Of a stretch of 64,000 bases of DNA, positions 35,969 through 50,326 are shown piece by piece. The first letter of the stretch is position 1. Every line of letters begins with the position of its first letter. The notes below the pieces were generated by a model that was not told where the DNA came from, did no database searches, and worked only from the letters and a program-made list of their open reading frames with translations. The stretch comes from Massalongia carnosa (Eukaryota): the NCBI GenBank assembly GCA_965645245.1, contig OZ287067.1, forward strand, positions 2,604,001 to 2,668,000, in the 5' to 3' direction. The position numbers and the translations under genes are program-made.

Positions 35969-37747
35969 TTATGCAAAACTCAACGTGTTGCTGTCCGTAA
36001 CGGTCATTGTCTGGCTTAATTTGGTCTTTCCTGTAACAACTGCAGGCCCGCTTACGATAGGTCGCCCTATTGGCCGGTCGTCTTCCGACGCATCCTTCGT
36101 CTCCTCCAGTTTGAGCTCAACACAGCTCAGGGGTGGCCCAAAGTGCGCATGCTTGCTTAGGCTAGTTTCGCGGGTTTGATAGTCGAATAAGTTCGTTTGC
36201 GTAATAGCCCCAGCTACATTTGCAGCGGTAAAGGCATACACGATGCGAGCTCTAGTTAGCAATCTAAGATCCAGAATATCTTTTGCCTCCAAAGCTACTT
36301 TGTCAACACCTGCCCGATGAGATATGTATAATAATCGCGGACCTGGTGTTGTGCTAAAAACTCTAGGCATGACTCCATATGCCAACGAACGAGCCTGTAT
36401 CCAGCGCCTCAATCTGTGCCCCATGCCAGTTGCCGCAGCTTTGCTGTCTTGATGAGCTGTGAACATTATATTGGTAGATGCAATCACAATTGATGGCATC
36501 ACGATTTGGCAACTGGTATCGTAGTCGACTTTATGACCAGCGACAGACGTGAGCGCTAGCGAAGAGTTTGAATAGAGTGCTGCGAGAACAACGGTTAAGG
36601 TCCATATATTGCTTAGAGAATCTAACGGTAACACTAGATCAGCTGGCCTGAAACGATGAGTGCTAGGTAGAGCCGCGATCTGCGCTGCTACTGCGGCCAC
36701 AATATTCTGCAATACAATGTTAGACGGACTTCAAACCCCCCAGTGTATGGGAATCCCACCTTTTGTGTGAAATTTACAATCTCAACGTTGTCGGTTCCAT
36801 TGCTTTGATACTCGTAGATTACAGTTACCTCAGATAGGTCAGCGCTTGGAATGTCGGGTGGTAACTCAGGAGGAGATTGGCTATTCTGTTTGCCAACGAT
36901 ATCATGCCAAGCGGAGATATTCGTTCCACTTCCAACGCCTTCAGGCACTTCATTCCAGTCAATGTGACGGCTTGACCGCTCTACAACCCATATTACTTGT
37001 TTGAGGCCGGAATAGTGTTTTACGAGCTCCTTCAAAGGTATGGTTCCTGCTGCTGCTACTATGACATCGGCTTGCGTTCGATTCAGAAGTTCCGCAAGCT
37101 TGTCAGAACTTTGGCCTTGGGGGATGAGAATTGGAGTGAGGTTAAAAAAGGCACTGGCTATGGAAAATCAGTAGCCGCATGGAAAAAGAGCAGATTGGTA
37201 ATGTACCAAAAAATGTCACGACGAACTCCACAGAGTTGGGAAGATAAATTGCTATCCGAGACCCCCCATGAGTTTTGAGGAATTCTCCCGCAGCAATTAT
37301 TTCGCTGGTTAACTGTGTAACTCCGAACTCAATTACTTCTTCTTTCCCTAAGAAAGCAAGCAGCCTGCCCGGCGTTCCTGTAGACTTTCCATCCACGTCA
37401 ACGGGATCTCTAGTGGCCTGCTTCCAGATATCCCTAAGATCGCCATCACGGCCACTTGTCCATTTAGGAGCTCCTGGAATTTTGACACTCAGCCCTGACC
37501 TCAACGGATAGCCCTCAGGCGTTTCCAAGGAGCGAAAGGTAGCTGATTCCCCCGGTTGCCGTACATGTGAAGCAGAAGCTTGGCAAACAAGTAACAGGGG
37601 ATGCGTATCCGGCTCGGGTGAGAAGAAGATAGGATAAAGTAGGAAAGAGACAAGGGAAAGGAAGATGATGGTTGTGTAGATGCTCCAATCGGAAAAGAAT
37701 AAGTCAAGCTGAGAATCGACCTGCTGAAGTGTACTACCGCCCGTCAT
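35969..37747 (-). CDS. AMP-binding (acyl-CoA synthetase-like) family protein with N-terminal membrane anchor (3 exons)
   Basis: Motifs EPDTHPLLL, RQPGESATFRS, IAIYLPNSVE, FTQ/NIVAAVAAQ and HFGPPLSCVE across three ORFs. Confidence 0.75.
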
Positions 37748-38134
37748 TTTCTATACCAGACGACGTTGAAGTATGGTTCTAAGCATGTAAAAAGGAGGAA
37801 GATCCTGAAGCGTGCAAGCGGGGTTTTTACCGTTGTGTAAGTACATTTGCCAAATGTCTTGATTTGTTCCGGCGATCGGCCCGCGGTCCCGAAGAAAACA
37901 AAATGTCGCGAACACTTTCACATCACTCTCCCTCTTCTTTGTAAACAGTATAGAATGCTCATAGAGTTCTCTTTAAATTACTAACTTGTGATTTAGTCTG
38001 TTGCATGGGTTTATAAAAACAGAGTAAATGAAAGAAAATTTACGGAACTAACAAGGTATGATCTGAAGGCAAGGCTTCTTAGAAAAGTCATAACTGACAG
38101 CAATTGAAGAAACAGGAATTCCACTATCCCGTTC

Positions 38135-39005
38135 ATGGCTCTGGTCAGGGCTCCATCCACACCAACATCTCAATTATCCCAAGCCGCCGCATCTTCCCCA
38201 TCCCCCGGTACTTGGCGGCATCCTAAGTTGGACGAGATATCCAAGCGACAAAATGCTGCAATATTCGGTCAAAACAATCTTCGAAGGATTCTCTGGAACG
38301 GTGGGGCATTGTGCGCGTTATGGTACACAAGCAGCTTGTTCAAATCACAGTAAGGTACTTGATAGTCGTTCATTTCCCTGGCTAAGGCGAAGCAGTTCCG
38401 AGTTAAGAAACGCATTCCTTCCTGTAGCCACACAGCAATACACCTACTACCTTTTCAATGTTCTTTGTCTCCTATCGATATTTAATATAGTGGTGTCTTG
38501 CTATCCGCTGGTGAGGAAGAAGGATAATCTGACGGATATCGCCTTGACGCCATCGCAGCGAGCTCTTCTCGGACTAGATCCAGACGAAACGCCCCCGGTC
38601 ACTCCATCCACAAGGTACATCACACCGCCTCGATATTCCCGCTCAATAACGCCTCGAAAAAATTCCTCGGGGAACTGGAGTGGTAGTAACAACCCTTCGC
38701 CTACATCGCGAAACGCGAGCCCGTCTCTAGGACTGGAAAGAATTGGATTACCATTTTCGCCCTTGACCAGCTTGAACTGGCAGAAAGCCATTGGCGGGTC
38801 CCGCAATGTCGCAAATCGAGACAGCTATGGATCCCCATCACCGATAGGAATTGGCCGTAGCTTGAAGGATACTAGCGTCTTAGGCGTACCAAGCACACCT
38901 AGCCCTTCTGGGGGAAAGGGGTCTAGTGTTGGTTTAAATAGCCGTTGGCTTTATGAGAGGGGGAGGGCGAGCCCAGGGAGTAGAATGCCTAAAATATACT
39001 CATGA
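38135..39005 (+). CDS. POM34: Nuclear pore membrane protein Pom34-like (one intron)
   Basis: PGTWRHPKLDEISKRQ, two transmembrane segments, DIALTPSQRALLGL and an S/P-rich tail. Confidence 0.8.
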
Positions 39006-39339
39006 TAGAGGGCATTATGAAATTTTGTGTGTTTGACTAATCCAGTACAAACTCGATCATTATTCGAAATCATGATGATATCGTATCCAGTGAGTTGTAG
39101 ACAGCTTTTCGTCCATGAGCAAAAACCCAGCGTTAAGGGGTAACTTTAAAGAACGGTTAGAGCAGGTCCATTCAGCCCTACCGGGGAAAAACCGGGGTAA
39201 GCTTCGTTAGTGCGCTATCAGGACACGAAGCAGGACAAGAATTGTCTGGAAAGCAAGAACTACCTGCCCGACTGTACAATACGGAACCCATCATCACTGA
39301 TCGTGAAACCAGCTTCGAATTCATGACTGTACCTCCGCC

Positions 39340-42262
39340 ATGGGTGCCTCAGACTCCAAGCTAGTCTTCAAACAAGGAATCTTCAGGTTGTCTGAGCCTG
39401 CTGCAATCGTGGCAGACGACCCCTACTGGGCCGGAGTATGCAGTTCATCTTTTCGGGTGCGTGGTCAATTGTCGTACTGACTGCGATCAGTTTTGGGAAT
39501 TACCAGACTCCACCGAAGATGTCTTCAGCCTCTTCTCGCCTGTCGATGTCCGCCGAGCTCGGGATACCGCGCTCAAAAACCTCGAAACCCTCATTTCAGC
39601 GCTGACATCACGAATCTCTGCGCTTCGGCACCATTCATCCTTTCCAGACCCGGAAGTTGCGCCCGAGAAGCACGTTTTGAACTGCATCCGAGTGCTTACT
39701 CGTATCTTGCCTTTTCTCTACGAAGCCGACCATCTTGAAACCTGGGAGGAGGAATTCTTTTGGGCGCCTAGGAAAAGGCGTTCGACGAAAGATGGAAGAG
39801 CAAGAATAGAAGTGTTTTTTGATGGATCTCAAAAGGAGGACGTTCCAACCGAAGAAACGAAGGATCACTTCGAAAAGCTAAGGCCTCTTGGGCAAGAGTT
39901 GATTGATGATCTCATCGACCTATTGTTTTACACTGAGTTTACTTTACCTCTAAATGAGCGATCAAGGAAAAAGGTTACGTACTCGATATGGCAGAGCGGT
40001 GTGGGATGCAACACGCCAATGAGTTCAAGTAAAGAGCTTGAGAGTAATCGAACGGAGATATTGAGATTACTCCTAACCCTAGCGAGCAAATCTTTATACA
40101 TGCCCGCTCGTGTGTTTCTCCCTGATCTAGTCATCTCGCAAGCTAATCAAAGAAGATGTCCTATCTGTGAAAGGGGTGAAAGCGATCACATATATCTCGA
40201 CATGTCCGGATAAGCAAGTCGTACTTTCCCTACTTTGCTCACAATTAAATACTGTAAGCTCTCAGCTAGGAACCGACCCTACGTGATCTAATGGGCTTTC
40301 AGACGCTCAAATATAACCCGGCCAGTTGGCGCGTACCGTACGATCATGTGGTGTATCGAGATCCGAAGCAAGTTCTCGTCTCATACTGCCTGCAATTTCT
40401 TCTTATATTGATTCTTTACCCCATACCGGAAAGCGGACGAGGTTCTCCACCCAAGAATTATTTTCGACATTTCCTCGGTAGACTCCACCGTCCTCAGGAC
40501 TTTCAGTTTCTTGTGGATGGCATGATGAGAACCTTGAACCAACCCGTGAGTGGCGTGGTGATGAATGAGCCCTATGCACGCTAATATTTGATCAAGTTAC
40601 AAGCTTCTTCCTCGTATCTACCCGGTAGCCAAAGATCGCTGAAATGGGCTCCAGAAATGATTATGTTGTTTTGGGAGACTTTGCAATGTAACAAGCGATT
40701 TCGCTCTTTTATCATTGACACCGATCGGGGGCATGACTTTGTGATTCTTGTTCTTTTCTATGCCCTCGAGTACAAGACTGATGCAGCAAAACAAGGAGTT
40801 GTCCGCATGTGTGTCTTTGTCTTGCAAACGTTGAGTACCGAGCCAAACTTTGGGAAACGCTTGAACAAGCTATTTGATCGCCAAGAGTATCTACCCTCAA
40901 GCATTCGACTACAGGATTTCAATGGCACATACGCTGATTTTCTGATCATTGTAAGGTTGTTTGTTTACCTATGGTTTTCTCGCTAATTTTCATAGTCGAT
41001 ACATACTTTGATCACAACGAGCAAGGGAAAACTCGATGCGATATACCCTGCGCTACTGGCAACCATTAACAACGTTGCCGCATATCTCCAAAACCTTGGG
41101 AATCAGTCAAGCTCGAAGTTGCTACATCTATTTGCGTCGATGTCAGCTCCAAGTTTTCTACTTGCGAACGAAACGAACCATCTACTGCTTCAATCGCTTC
41201 TCGAGTCGATGAACGCAATCGTGGAACATCAATACACTAGTCCGTCTAGACCTTTTCACATTGCTCGAATTGCTGCTTATAAGATTTACAGGCAATCGCA
41301 CTTTTATCCATGCCATGCTCAAGTCTAAGAAGCGTTTCGAAGCTCTACGATCCTTCACACTTGAAAGTGGACAAGAAGAAATTAAGCGCCTGAACCAGCG
41401 CCGAAAAGATCTTGCAGAAGTTTCAGACCCCGACAATAGGCCTCTTCGTCATTCCCGCAATAGTTCGGTAGAAAGTCCTCGAAGCCCTCAAAGTGTTAGA
41501 AGTCCTACCTTAAGCAATGTGCCGGAAGAAGGTGGCGCATTTGCCATTGGCGATGATGAAGATTCCGACGACGATGATCGGCAACTGCTACCTACACCTT
41601 CGCAGTCGTCGCCATCAGCCCACAATTCGCGGACACCTTCCGTCTCCTCTACCGATGAACCGCTGCCAACCCAACTCCGCGGTATGTCGGAGAAAGCGCG
41701 CGGCAAGATGCCTGCAAGCCAGCCATCTTTTTCCCGCCAAAACAGCACCACGAGTCTAAGCAGCCATCCTGCATCCATTGTCCCTTCTAGTACTTCTTTT
41801 AATCCTTCCGCCCATTGGGTAAGTTACTGCCCTAACCCCAATATCTAAATTTACCTAACCGGTCCAACTTAGATCGACTCCTGGCTCCCTTCCCTCCCTC
41901 TTCACACCCTTTTAACCCTCATCTCTTCCCTTCCCTCTCCAACTCTTCCCCCCACTATCGACCCTTCCTCACCGCGAATCCATCTCTTTGAATGGACCCC
42001 CCTCTCCCTCGGCTGGTACGAGTCCTTGCTCTGGGGCCTCATCTTCGCCTCAGAGATGGTGGTGCAGAAGGGCACAGTGGGCGTGTGGAACGGCACCAGC
42101 GTGCGGCTGTTCCGCGTCGAGAAAGAAGCCGCGCGGGGACCAAGCTTGATGAAGCCCATGGGCGCGGTCGATGCCGTGGGGAGCAATCTTGTTATGAGAA
42201 TTGGAGGCCTGAATCGGCGTGGGGAGGGGGAGAAAAAAGGGGAGGTGCCTAGGGATAGTTAG
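39340..42262 (+). CDS. HID1: Hid1/Ecm30 (dymeclin-like) Golgi protein (multi-exon)
   Basis: MGASDSKLVFK (myristoylation-type start), LNCIRVLTRILPF, IWQSGVG, RLHRPQDFQF and GVWNGTSVRLF. Confidence 0.88.
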
Positions 42263-42865
42263 GATTCGAACCGTGTATGTTGGGAGGGGGGGTTGATATT
42301 GAGGGTTTAGGCCTTGTATGGCGGTTCCTTGTATTGGTATACATGAGAATAACGAAATCTAATAACGGCGGATGTACGCACGCGAGACTTTGGGGAAAAT
42401 GTTTTTGGGATCATCTGCCAAATTCATTGCCGTTTCTCCAGACAGCTAAATACAATCCACCTAGTTCTTTCCCTGTTGTAGTCCCGGCCATAATAAGGCG
42501 GTAGAGGAGAGTAGAAAGCATCTGGGGGAATGTGGGGGACATGGGTTTTGATTTAGTTCGCTCTTGATCTGATTTGTTTACAGAGTACGTTTAACTTGAT
42601 TTGAATTCGACGACTGTGGTTTTTTTCGGCGGGGGGTAAAAGTGGGAAGACTGTCTAGTAGAATTGAGAGGATGGAATCTCACAGTTCTAGTCACAGGTT
42701 GATGGGCATTTATAGATGACTGACTAAGCGGGAGAACTAGAGCCTAGTGGTTGGTTAGTAGGTTGATGCTTCGTTTTTTGTAAGGTAGCGACTTTGTGAT
42801 TTCTGCAGGAAGACCACCAGTCCTGCATTATTCCCTTCCTCCTTTTCTCCTTCCCCCTTCCACCC

Positions 42866-43618
42866 TCACTTCTTCCTTTTCCCGGTCAGCGTCTTCCTCT
42901 CCCTTCCTCTCGCCCTTCCCACGACCCTCTTTCGCCACGCCTTGAACCGATCCCCAGGCTTGAACAGCACGACGCGGCCCCTGCTCTTCTCCGCCGCACG
43001 GCCGATTTCAAAGTTCGTTTTTCGGAACGTATACCCCTTCTTCAGCCCAGGCAGGACCTTTCCCTCCTTCCACTGCCCACCCGCCAGCTTCTCCACCTCC
43101 ACCCTCTTTATTATTCCATCCCAACCCTGTCCCCCCTGTCCCTCCCCGTCTCGGTGGTCCAAAATCGTAGTGGCGCACAACCCCAGTCGCCTCCGCCGCG
43201 CCTCGTTCCGCCCCCGCGGCAACGTGTCGCCGGGCCGAAACACCACCCCGATGTACTTCCGGCCCGGGAACCGCTCCTCGTCGCGGTAGTACGTCACGAA
43301 GCCCTTCTCACGCGCGAAGATCGTGTGGTCGCGGCCCATGCCGCAGTTCTCGCCGGGGAACCAGTGCGTGCCGCGTTGGCGGAATATGATGTTGCCGGGG
43401 ACGACGAGCTCGGAGGCGCCTTTTTTGGCGCCGAGGCGTCTGCCAGGGCCTTGGGCGGCTTTGTTGGCGCGGCCTTCAGAGGCGTGAGAGGCGGGGCGGG
43501 CGAGGAGAAGGAGGTAGTAGGAGGAGGGAGTGAAGGCGCGAGGAGGATGAGATTGGTGGTGGTGAAGAAGAAGGGAGAATTGAGTGGTGAGAGGGCGGTG
43601 GGAGAGGCCGGGTGGCAT
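42866..43618 (-). CDS. MRP7: Mitochondrial ribosomal protein bL27m
   Basis: [37 protein letters not shown]. Confidence 0.93.
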   Translation of the reverse strand: MPPGLSHRPLTTQFSLLLHHHQSHPPRAFTPSSYYLLLLARPASHASEGRANKAAQGPGRRLGAKKGASELVVPGNIIFRQRGTHWFPGENCGMGRDHTIFAREKGFVTYYRDEERFPGRKYIGVVFRPGDTLPRGRNEARRRRLGLCATTILDHRDGEGQGGQGWDGIIKRVEVEKLAGGQWKEGKVLPGLKKGYTFRKTNFEIGRAAEKSRGRVVLFKPGDRFKAWRKRVVGRARGRERKTLTGKRKK

Positions 43619-43847
43619 GGTAGAAGATCGGTTTTCGGTGGTCGTTGTGGTTAAGGAGCAATGGCTGCGGTTGGTTGATACAGAGTAGTTTGCGGACGCT
43701 TAGCAAAAAATCACGTTACCATAACACTAGTTAACAAAGTCATCGATTACCTAATCTTGTATCTTCCAATTCATCAACCTGTCCCTTTCTCTATCTCCAT
43801 ATCATCCACATCCCAAGGATCTCCCCCTCCAAAACCAATACAAGACC

Positions 43848-44401
43848 ATGGCAAAAGTCTTCTTCTCCCCCACTCCCCTCTTTCTCCTCTTCCTCCTCCT
43901 CCTCACTCACCAAACAACCGCGCAATTCCAATTCTTCGAGCAGATGTTTCAAGGCGGGGGCGGCGGCAACCAGGCCCAACACCACCACCAACAGCAGCAA
44001 AACGTCGCCTCGGACTCGGCCTGGTACCGGAAAAACTACGAGTCAGGTATCTATTTGCTTCCTCTTTCCTTCTTTGTTCTATCCCCGAAACAATATCTAA
44101 ACAACCCCCCCCCCCCCCCCCCCAGACCCCCCAACCTCAAAACCCCCCTTAAACAATCAACACCTATCTAACCCCCAAATATAATACCTATCTAAATCTC
44201 TCAACAGCATACTGCACGCATTACCTCTGCCCTGGCACGCTCGCGTGTGTGCATTTCCCGCACCACTGCCCGTGCGCGTTCCCGGCCGTCGAGGACAAGG
44301 TCGAGTTGGGGGAGGGGAGCGCAGTGTGCGCGTCCAAGGGCGGGTGGCGGGCCGGGGAGCTGGGCCGGAAGATCGAGTTAGCGAGGAAGGGAGTGCTTTG
44401 A
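43848..44401 (+). CDS. LCL2: Long chronological lifespan protein 2 (intron 44047-44207)
   Basis: Signal peptide, QFQFFEQMF, and [36 protein letters not shown]. Confidence 0.88.
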
Positions 44402-44740
44402 CCGGGTGGGGGTTTTCTTGGAGGAGGGCGCGCGGGGAGGGGTATATGGGTATCTGGCATACTTCTGAATTGGGAGGGGAGGGGCGTTGTTTTCGATATT
44501 GTCGTAATTGTACCGTTGACCGGATGTACCTACTTGCCTAGCTATAAAAGCGGAATCAGAGAATAGGTTGAGATACTAGGATCCGGCTAATCGAATGACC
44601 TCGTGGAAACCAAAATCTTCTCCGTCCCAGCCTTGGAACAAGGGGGATTCTAAATCGCTCAACAATGTCCGTTCATACAAAATCCGTATCCAACTAAACT
44701 CTTCTATCATTCACTCCGTCATCCATCCCCCCTCCCCGGC

Positions 44741-47700
44741 CTAATCAATCAGTTGCCCCAGAATCAAGCTCTGAATCACAAACTCATTGCCCACCACCCT
44801 TGGCCTGCCCTGGTCTCCCTCCCCCCTACCCCTCTTCCGCTTCCTCCCGACAGGATTGCCCCCAAACAGGACTTTCTCCGCCTTCTTTTCGTTGTCGTGG
44901 CTATATATCCAATCCCACGGCTTCTCGTCGCCGTTTGCTTGCGCTTTGGCGATAGCTTTAGCGGCGGCCTCCAAGCTCAATGTCCGAGAGACTCGGCTGG
45001 CGCCCAGGCCATGCGTGATGAGCGGGTGGAATTTCATGGTGTCCTCCTCCGATTTGCTCATGATGAGCAGTACCGAGGCGCCGTCGAGAGGTTTCGGCCG
45101 GCAATTCATGACATGTGTAAGCGTTGCCGTATTGGGGTCGTACGGCGGCAAAACACGGGAGTGTATGGCGCCGCCGAGGAAGGCGGACTCGCCGGCGGGA
45201 AGGAGGTAAGGCTCCCAGGGTAAGACGCGCTGGTTGGAGATGCAATCGTTTACCCAGCGGGTGGCGAGGCAGGGGATGCCGAGCGCAAGCGCTTGAATGT
45301 ATTTCGCTTTGCGGCAATGCTTGTCGGCGATAAGGCAGGTGAAGCCAATGCGTTTGGCAGCCACCGTGAGGCGGAACGCAACATCGACAGGCTTCTTAGG
45401 GCTACATTTCTCCTTGGAAGGTGATGTAAACTCGAGAGCGGGGAAATCGAAGAGTTCGTCGAAGCCATCGGCGACGATGCGGCCACCGTTAGCGAGTATC
45501 TGCCGCGTTGCGCGCTCACGGGTTTCGGCGCAGGCAATGTTGGTGATGGCAAAGGCTGTGTTTGTAAACAGGTGTACGCTTGAGCCTGTCGTAGATTTTG
45601 TTGAGCGCGAGTTGACGAGCGATGACATCGACTTTTGAAAGCCATGGGAAAATGGAGTAGGGGGGGTAGAGGGGCGCTCCGAAGGGGTTTGCGGCCTTTT
45701 TGAAGGTTCGGTTATGCCTACATTGAATGCCCGATCTTTGAAACTCGCCCATAGTGTCTTATTCAAATAGACATCCTTTATGGGGATGGACATCACCTCA
45801 GCAGGATCGCCTTCTCCGGATTGGGTCTGTTTCAGAACCACGGTGACCGCTGTGTGGCCATATACATCTGTAAATGCCAAGGGCAGGTTTTGCCCTTTCA
45901 CGCCTCTTCGCCTTGAAGGGGTCTCTAGGTCTGGTTGCCCTATTATAGGCTGGGGATCCGAAAAACCCTGGATTGTGTAGGTATTCTTCTTCCGTTGATT
46001 ACCAGTATCGATCTTGATGTTATCCCCAATTCGTAATTCTAGTCTTTTGATAGCAAACGCATCAACATCATCCTTCTGGCCGTCATCGAATTCTATCCTA
46101 TACCGAAGTACTGGGCCGCATACGACTGCATGACAAGTGGCCGGAAAATACCCAGGATCGTTTCCATTGAAATGCGCGAAGACTCGATAGGGTGCAACCA
46201 GGGCCTGATCAGTAATACAGCTTTCGGAAATGCCTCCAAGACTTACGTGTTTCTCGATATGGGGGGACTTCATGGCACTTGTAACATCTAAAGTAGCCTT
46301 CCCCTTGTTTCTCTTCATGTTCTGTTTAGTGTCCCCTTTTACTAACGGCCGAGGTTTTCGCGGTCTGCCTCTTGACGCGGATTTTGGCTTCGGAGCTGTT
46401 GAAATACGAGACCTGCTCTCTAACCCTTTTGGAGTTAGGGCAACTCCTATGTTCTTATCCGTTTTTCCCAAAGCAGGGTAGTCGACAGCAAGTTCATCTG
46501 TAGCCAGAGCATCCTGGTTTTCATCTGCATTCACAGCGCTCGGGCCTACCGCGCGGAGGGGAAGCGTTCCCGGTTTAGATTCTGCAGATACTACGACTTG
46601 TCCACTGTTTCCACGTCGCCTCTTTCTGGCAGGCCCAACTGGACTGGATCCATCAATCACGTTTTGAAATTCAATATCTTCGTTTGTGAGTAGGCTGATA
46701 TCGACATCAACTTCGCCTATCGCATCACGAGGAGATGTATCAACCGCGATCTGGGTTAAGGTTTTAGGGAGGACTGGGTTGAAACTCAAAGGGGGCCCAC
46801 TCTGGAAAGACGGATCGCGAGAACGAGCCGAATGTGACTTAGACGGCGACTTCAAGAAATTTGTACGCGCAGTTTCAAATAGTGATGATCCAAGTGACGA
46901 GGGAGGATTCAATAGCCCAGGCTGTGTTTTAGATGTGGATTTTGTACCAGTATGAGGTAATTGGATGATAGCAGTAGATTCCGTGGCAGTAGAATGTCGT
47001 CCAAAATTCTTAATGGCAGAGCTAGTCTCCGGTATTGTGCTGAGCAACGATGAAGAAAGATTACCCGGTGATGACCCGACGAGAAACTTCTCGGAATTTG
47101 CTTTTACTTGGAGTTCCAGTTCATCATGCGCAGATCCCGAGCGCAAGATCTCTTTGGTCGAAGGTTCCATGCCTTGGCTGGCTCCTTCCAAGATCCTACG
47201 ATTCTCACCTACGTTTGCAGCCATTTGGCCGTTACATTTCATTGCGAGGTGTTGAGGCCTGGATTGATGTGGTGAAACGTCACCGGTAAACCCGGCCACT
47301 ATGGGCTGCGATGAGGTTAGCTGGCCGCTGGTTGGCGGAGAGACCATATCAATGGGAGAGAGGGTGGAAGCTGGGTGTGATAACTGACGAGAATCAGGGC
47401 CTATGGCTGAATCATCTGCTAGGAGTTTACCCTTGTGTACCTCCGCCGGGTGTTGAGATGTGGCAGACGCGGGAAATGCTTGAGAACCAGGGATGAGTAC
47501 CTCGGATGACGCTGATAGCACAAGACGCTTGGTTACTGGCTCGGGCCCCTGGCGAACCTTATCACTCCATTTTGTGGGCTGCGAATCTGCAATAGCTGAA
47601 GTTTGCGTTCCTTCTGAATTGGGTAAATTTTTCGTTACATTCATGCTTTGGCGCTGACTCCTTGGAGGCTTGGGATAACGAGGAGATGAGCTGATGCCAT

Positions 47701-49292
47701 TTAGATTGGCAGAGCGCGAAGGACTTGACTGTGAGCCAGTTATAGCACTCTTTCGCTGATTATGCCTTGAGATTGTCACAGGCACTTCGACGTTCTCTTT
47801 ATTATCCTCCGCTAACTCGTCACTTTCTTCGGCATGCGAATCCTCACAGTCTTCTTCATGCTCTGTTTCGTCTTCCGTAACGTTGCCCTCCACAGGTAGG
47901 TCATCAGATGTTATCACTGTTTCGCTCGCCGCTTTATCAGCGTAATGTTTTGAGGCCCTGCCTTCACGCTGTCTAGGAATCCTCCCCCTGCCACGCCCGC
48001 TCGAAGTTGGCCGGATTGGCGCTGTTATCCCGACAAACTGTCCCCTTGCTCTTAGGTCAATTTTCCTTTGGTTTCGGCGCCTACGAAGCTGACTGTCGTC
48101 TGACTCGAAATCCTCGTCAGAGCTCACGACGACAGATACATCTGCCAGAGGTGCTGATTGTCTGGCTATTCGATCTCTCTCCGCCTGAGATTCTTTCATG
48201 GAGATATAGATCGTCTGGGGTTCGGTCACAGCGCGGATTACAGGCGGACCATTTATTCTGGGAGGGGATGACATGGAACTTGCGGTTATTGGTCTCCGCA
48301 CGTTATACATATCGGGCGAAGGTCTCTGAGATAACCCATCGGATTGGATTATGTTGGAAAATGGAGAGGATACCGCTTGGGTAGCCTTGAAAGCTTGACT
48401 CGAATTCATCATAGCATCAAGCTCCAGCAGCTGGCCTGCGAAAGGATTAAGAGGCAGCCTGGGAGTAGAGTCTCCCCGGGGTGTTATTTCGCTAGAAAAA
48501 TCAAGCTTTTTCCCACCAGTAGCCGGAGTTTTGGGTTGCTGGAAGCGCTTGGACTCTGGGTATATCTCGGCTCGAACATCAGCGGCGGGAGAGAGGGGAT
48601 CCATATCATCATTATTGTTCGTAGAGGGAGGCTCTTCAGGATCAGTTCTAAACGGTTGTTCTAGCGCACCCACGAGATCGACATATCCAGTTTGACCCTG
48701 ATGATAGCTACATAGTGAAGTTTCGTCAAGATCGCAAGTCCCGTCACAGACTTCTAATGTTGTTTCCTTTGCACTCTCGAGCTTGTTCTTAATTGCGAAC
48801 TCATGAAACACCCGCTGAGAGACTGGCTGAGTGTCCCCGTCTGGTTGACTGTCGCCGGTAGTCATTTTGGTCTTCGACAAATCTGCTACTGTACTTGACA
48901 GCTCAACATCCTCTTCGCAAAGACCCTGTTGTGAGTCGGTTGAGTGGCGCAAGAAGGCTGATGGATTTGGTGGGGGAACATGAGATGGTGATTTGCGTGG
49001 AGTGATGGTCGCACTATCATGGCGGTCTTTTTGTGTTGCCGCGGAACTTGCCTTTTGTTTTTTTGACGATGTAAGTAGACTCCCCGATGCTGATGATCTC
49101 GTCGCTTCGACGATGCATGACACGTTAAGTGTCCGGGACTGCAGGGTTGATGGCGTCAGCTCACGCGTTAAGGAACGCTAGGCTTCGGAATGAACGTTAT
49201 CTTACCGCAGGAGGGGTAAAGAATTCATCTTGAATTCCCAATGCTAAAGCCTTCAGTTGAGATATTTGTACACTATCGATTTGAGTTGCCAT
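44741..49292 (-). CDS. RAD9: DNA-damage checkpoint mediator Rad9/Crb2/53BP1-like (intron 49139-49205)
   Basis: SQ/TQ-rich N-terminus, Tudor-like region (VFAHFNG..YFPATC) and C-terminal tandem BRCT (RKAKYIQALALGIPCL..W..YLLPAG); upstream exon 49292-49206 splices in frame. Confidence 0.88.
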
Positions 49293-50326
49293 AATCCAGG
49301 GATGGAATTTCTTCGGACATATCCTATCGTTGAAAGTGGTCCAAAGAACGCGACGGATCAATAGTCAAGCCGGGTTAATATGAAAATCAACGCCACACAC
49401 ACGTGCTGATAAGGCACTCCTCGGGTTAATGTATATCCAAGACCGAATATTCTCTTCATCGCATGATTCATGCATTATTTCTACGAAGATCAGAGACAAT
49501 GTTAAAGCATTAAACTTCGAACAACCAAATTGAAGTTCACAAACCGAGCTCTCAATACGGAACCATGCAGGTTTTGGAAATTCATAGGAGATCATTGATA
49601 TGGCCTACTCTATGCGAAAGAAGGAATCTAAAAATCCAGTTTGATCAAAGTACTGTCTTGTCCTTATCGTGTTTTCCACCTATCCTTCAGATACAGGGGT
49701 GTGTCAGGGTAAATCTGTAAATAGTGAGCTTTAGCAGCTGTCTGGTACGTATCACAACGGAAGTCAGCTGTTCTTGTTGAGGAGTCTCTCTGTACAGCCA
49801 AACAAGTGCTTTCCATGAATACCCACCGCGATATGCGGGGATCTTGCTTTGTTTTCTTTCTCAAGCAAGCCGACTGGCAGATTTCAGAAATGTAATTGCG
49901 ACCACGGAACGGATCGGAGGATCTTCAGTATTTGCTCTTTGAACACTGATGCAACCAACCTGAGCCGCTAAAGGCCCGGTGCTTTACTTTTGCCGTGCCA
50001 CACGTGCCTGGCCATTCAAGGTACCCTCGATGATACGAGTAATGTATTCTAGACAGTTTCATCCTTCGCCTGCATAGAAATCCACACGGGCGACGAGGAA
50101 ACGTGAGGCCATGAGACTTCCTAGTCAGGCCGAGATGCTTGATCAGAGAAACATCTCCCTGTCAGGCCAGAAGACCTTTTATGTTGGCAATACTATGCAT
50201 ATTGTTGACACCTGAAAATCTCTCTCAGTCGGTCTACTAAAACCTTGCTCTAGCAAGAACCTTCAGGCGTTAACAAAACATAGAGTAAGACTTTCATGCT
50301 TATCAAACTGCATCACGTACTTCACT

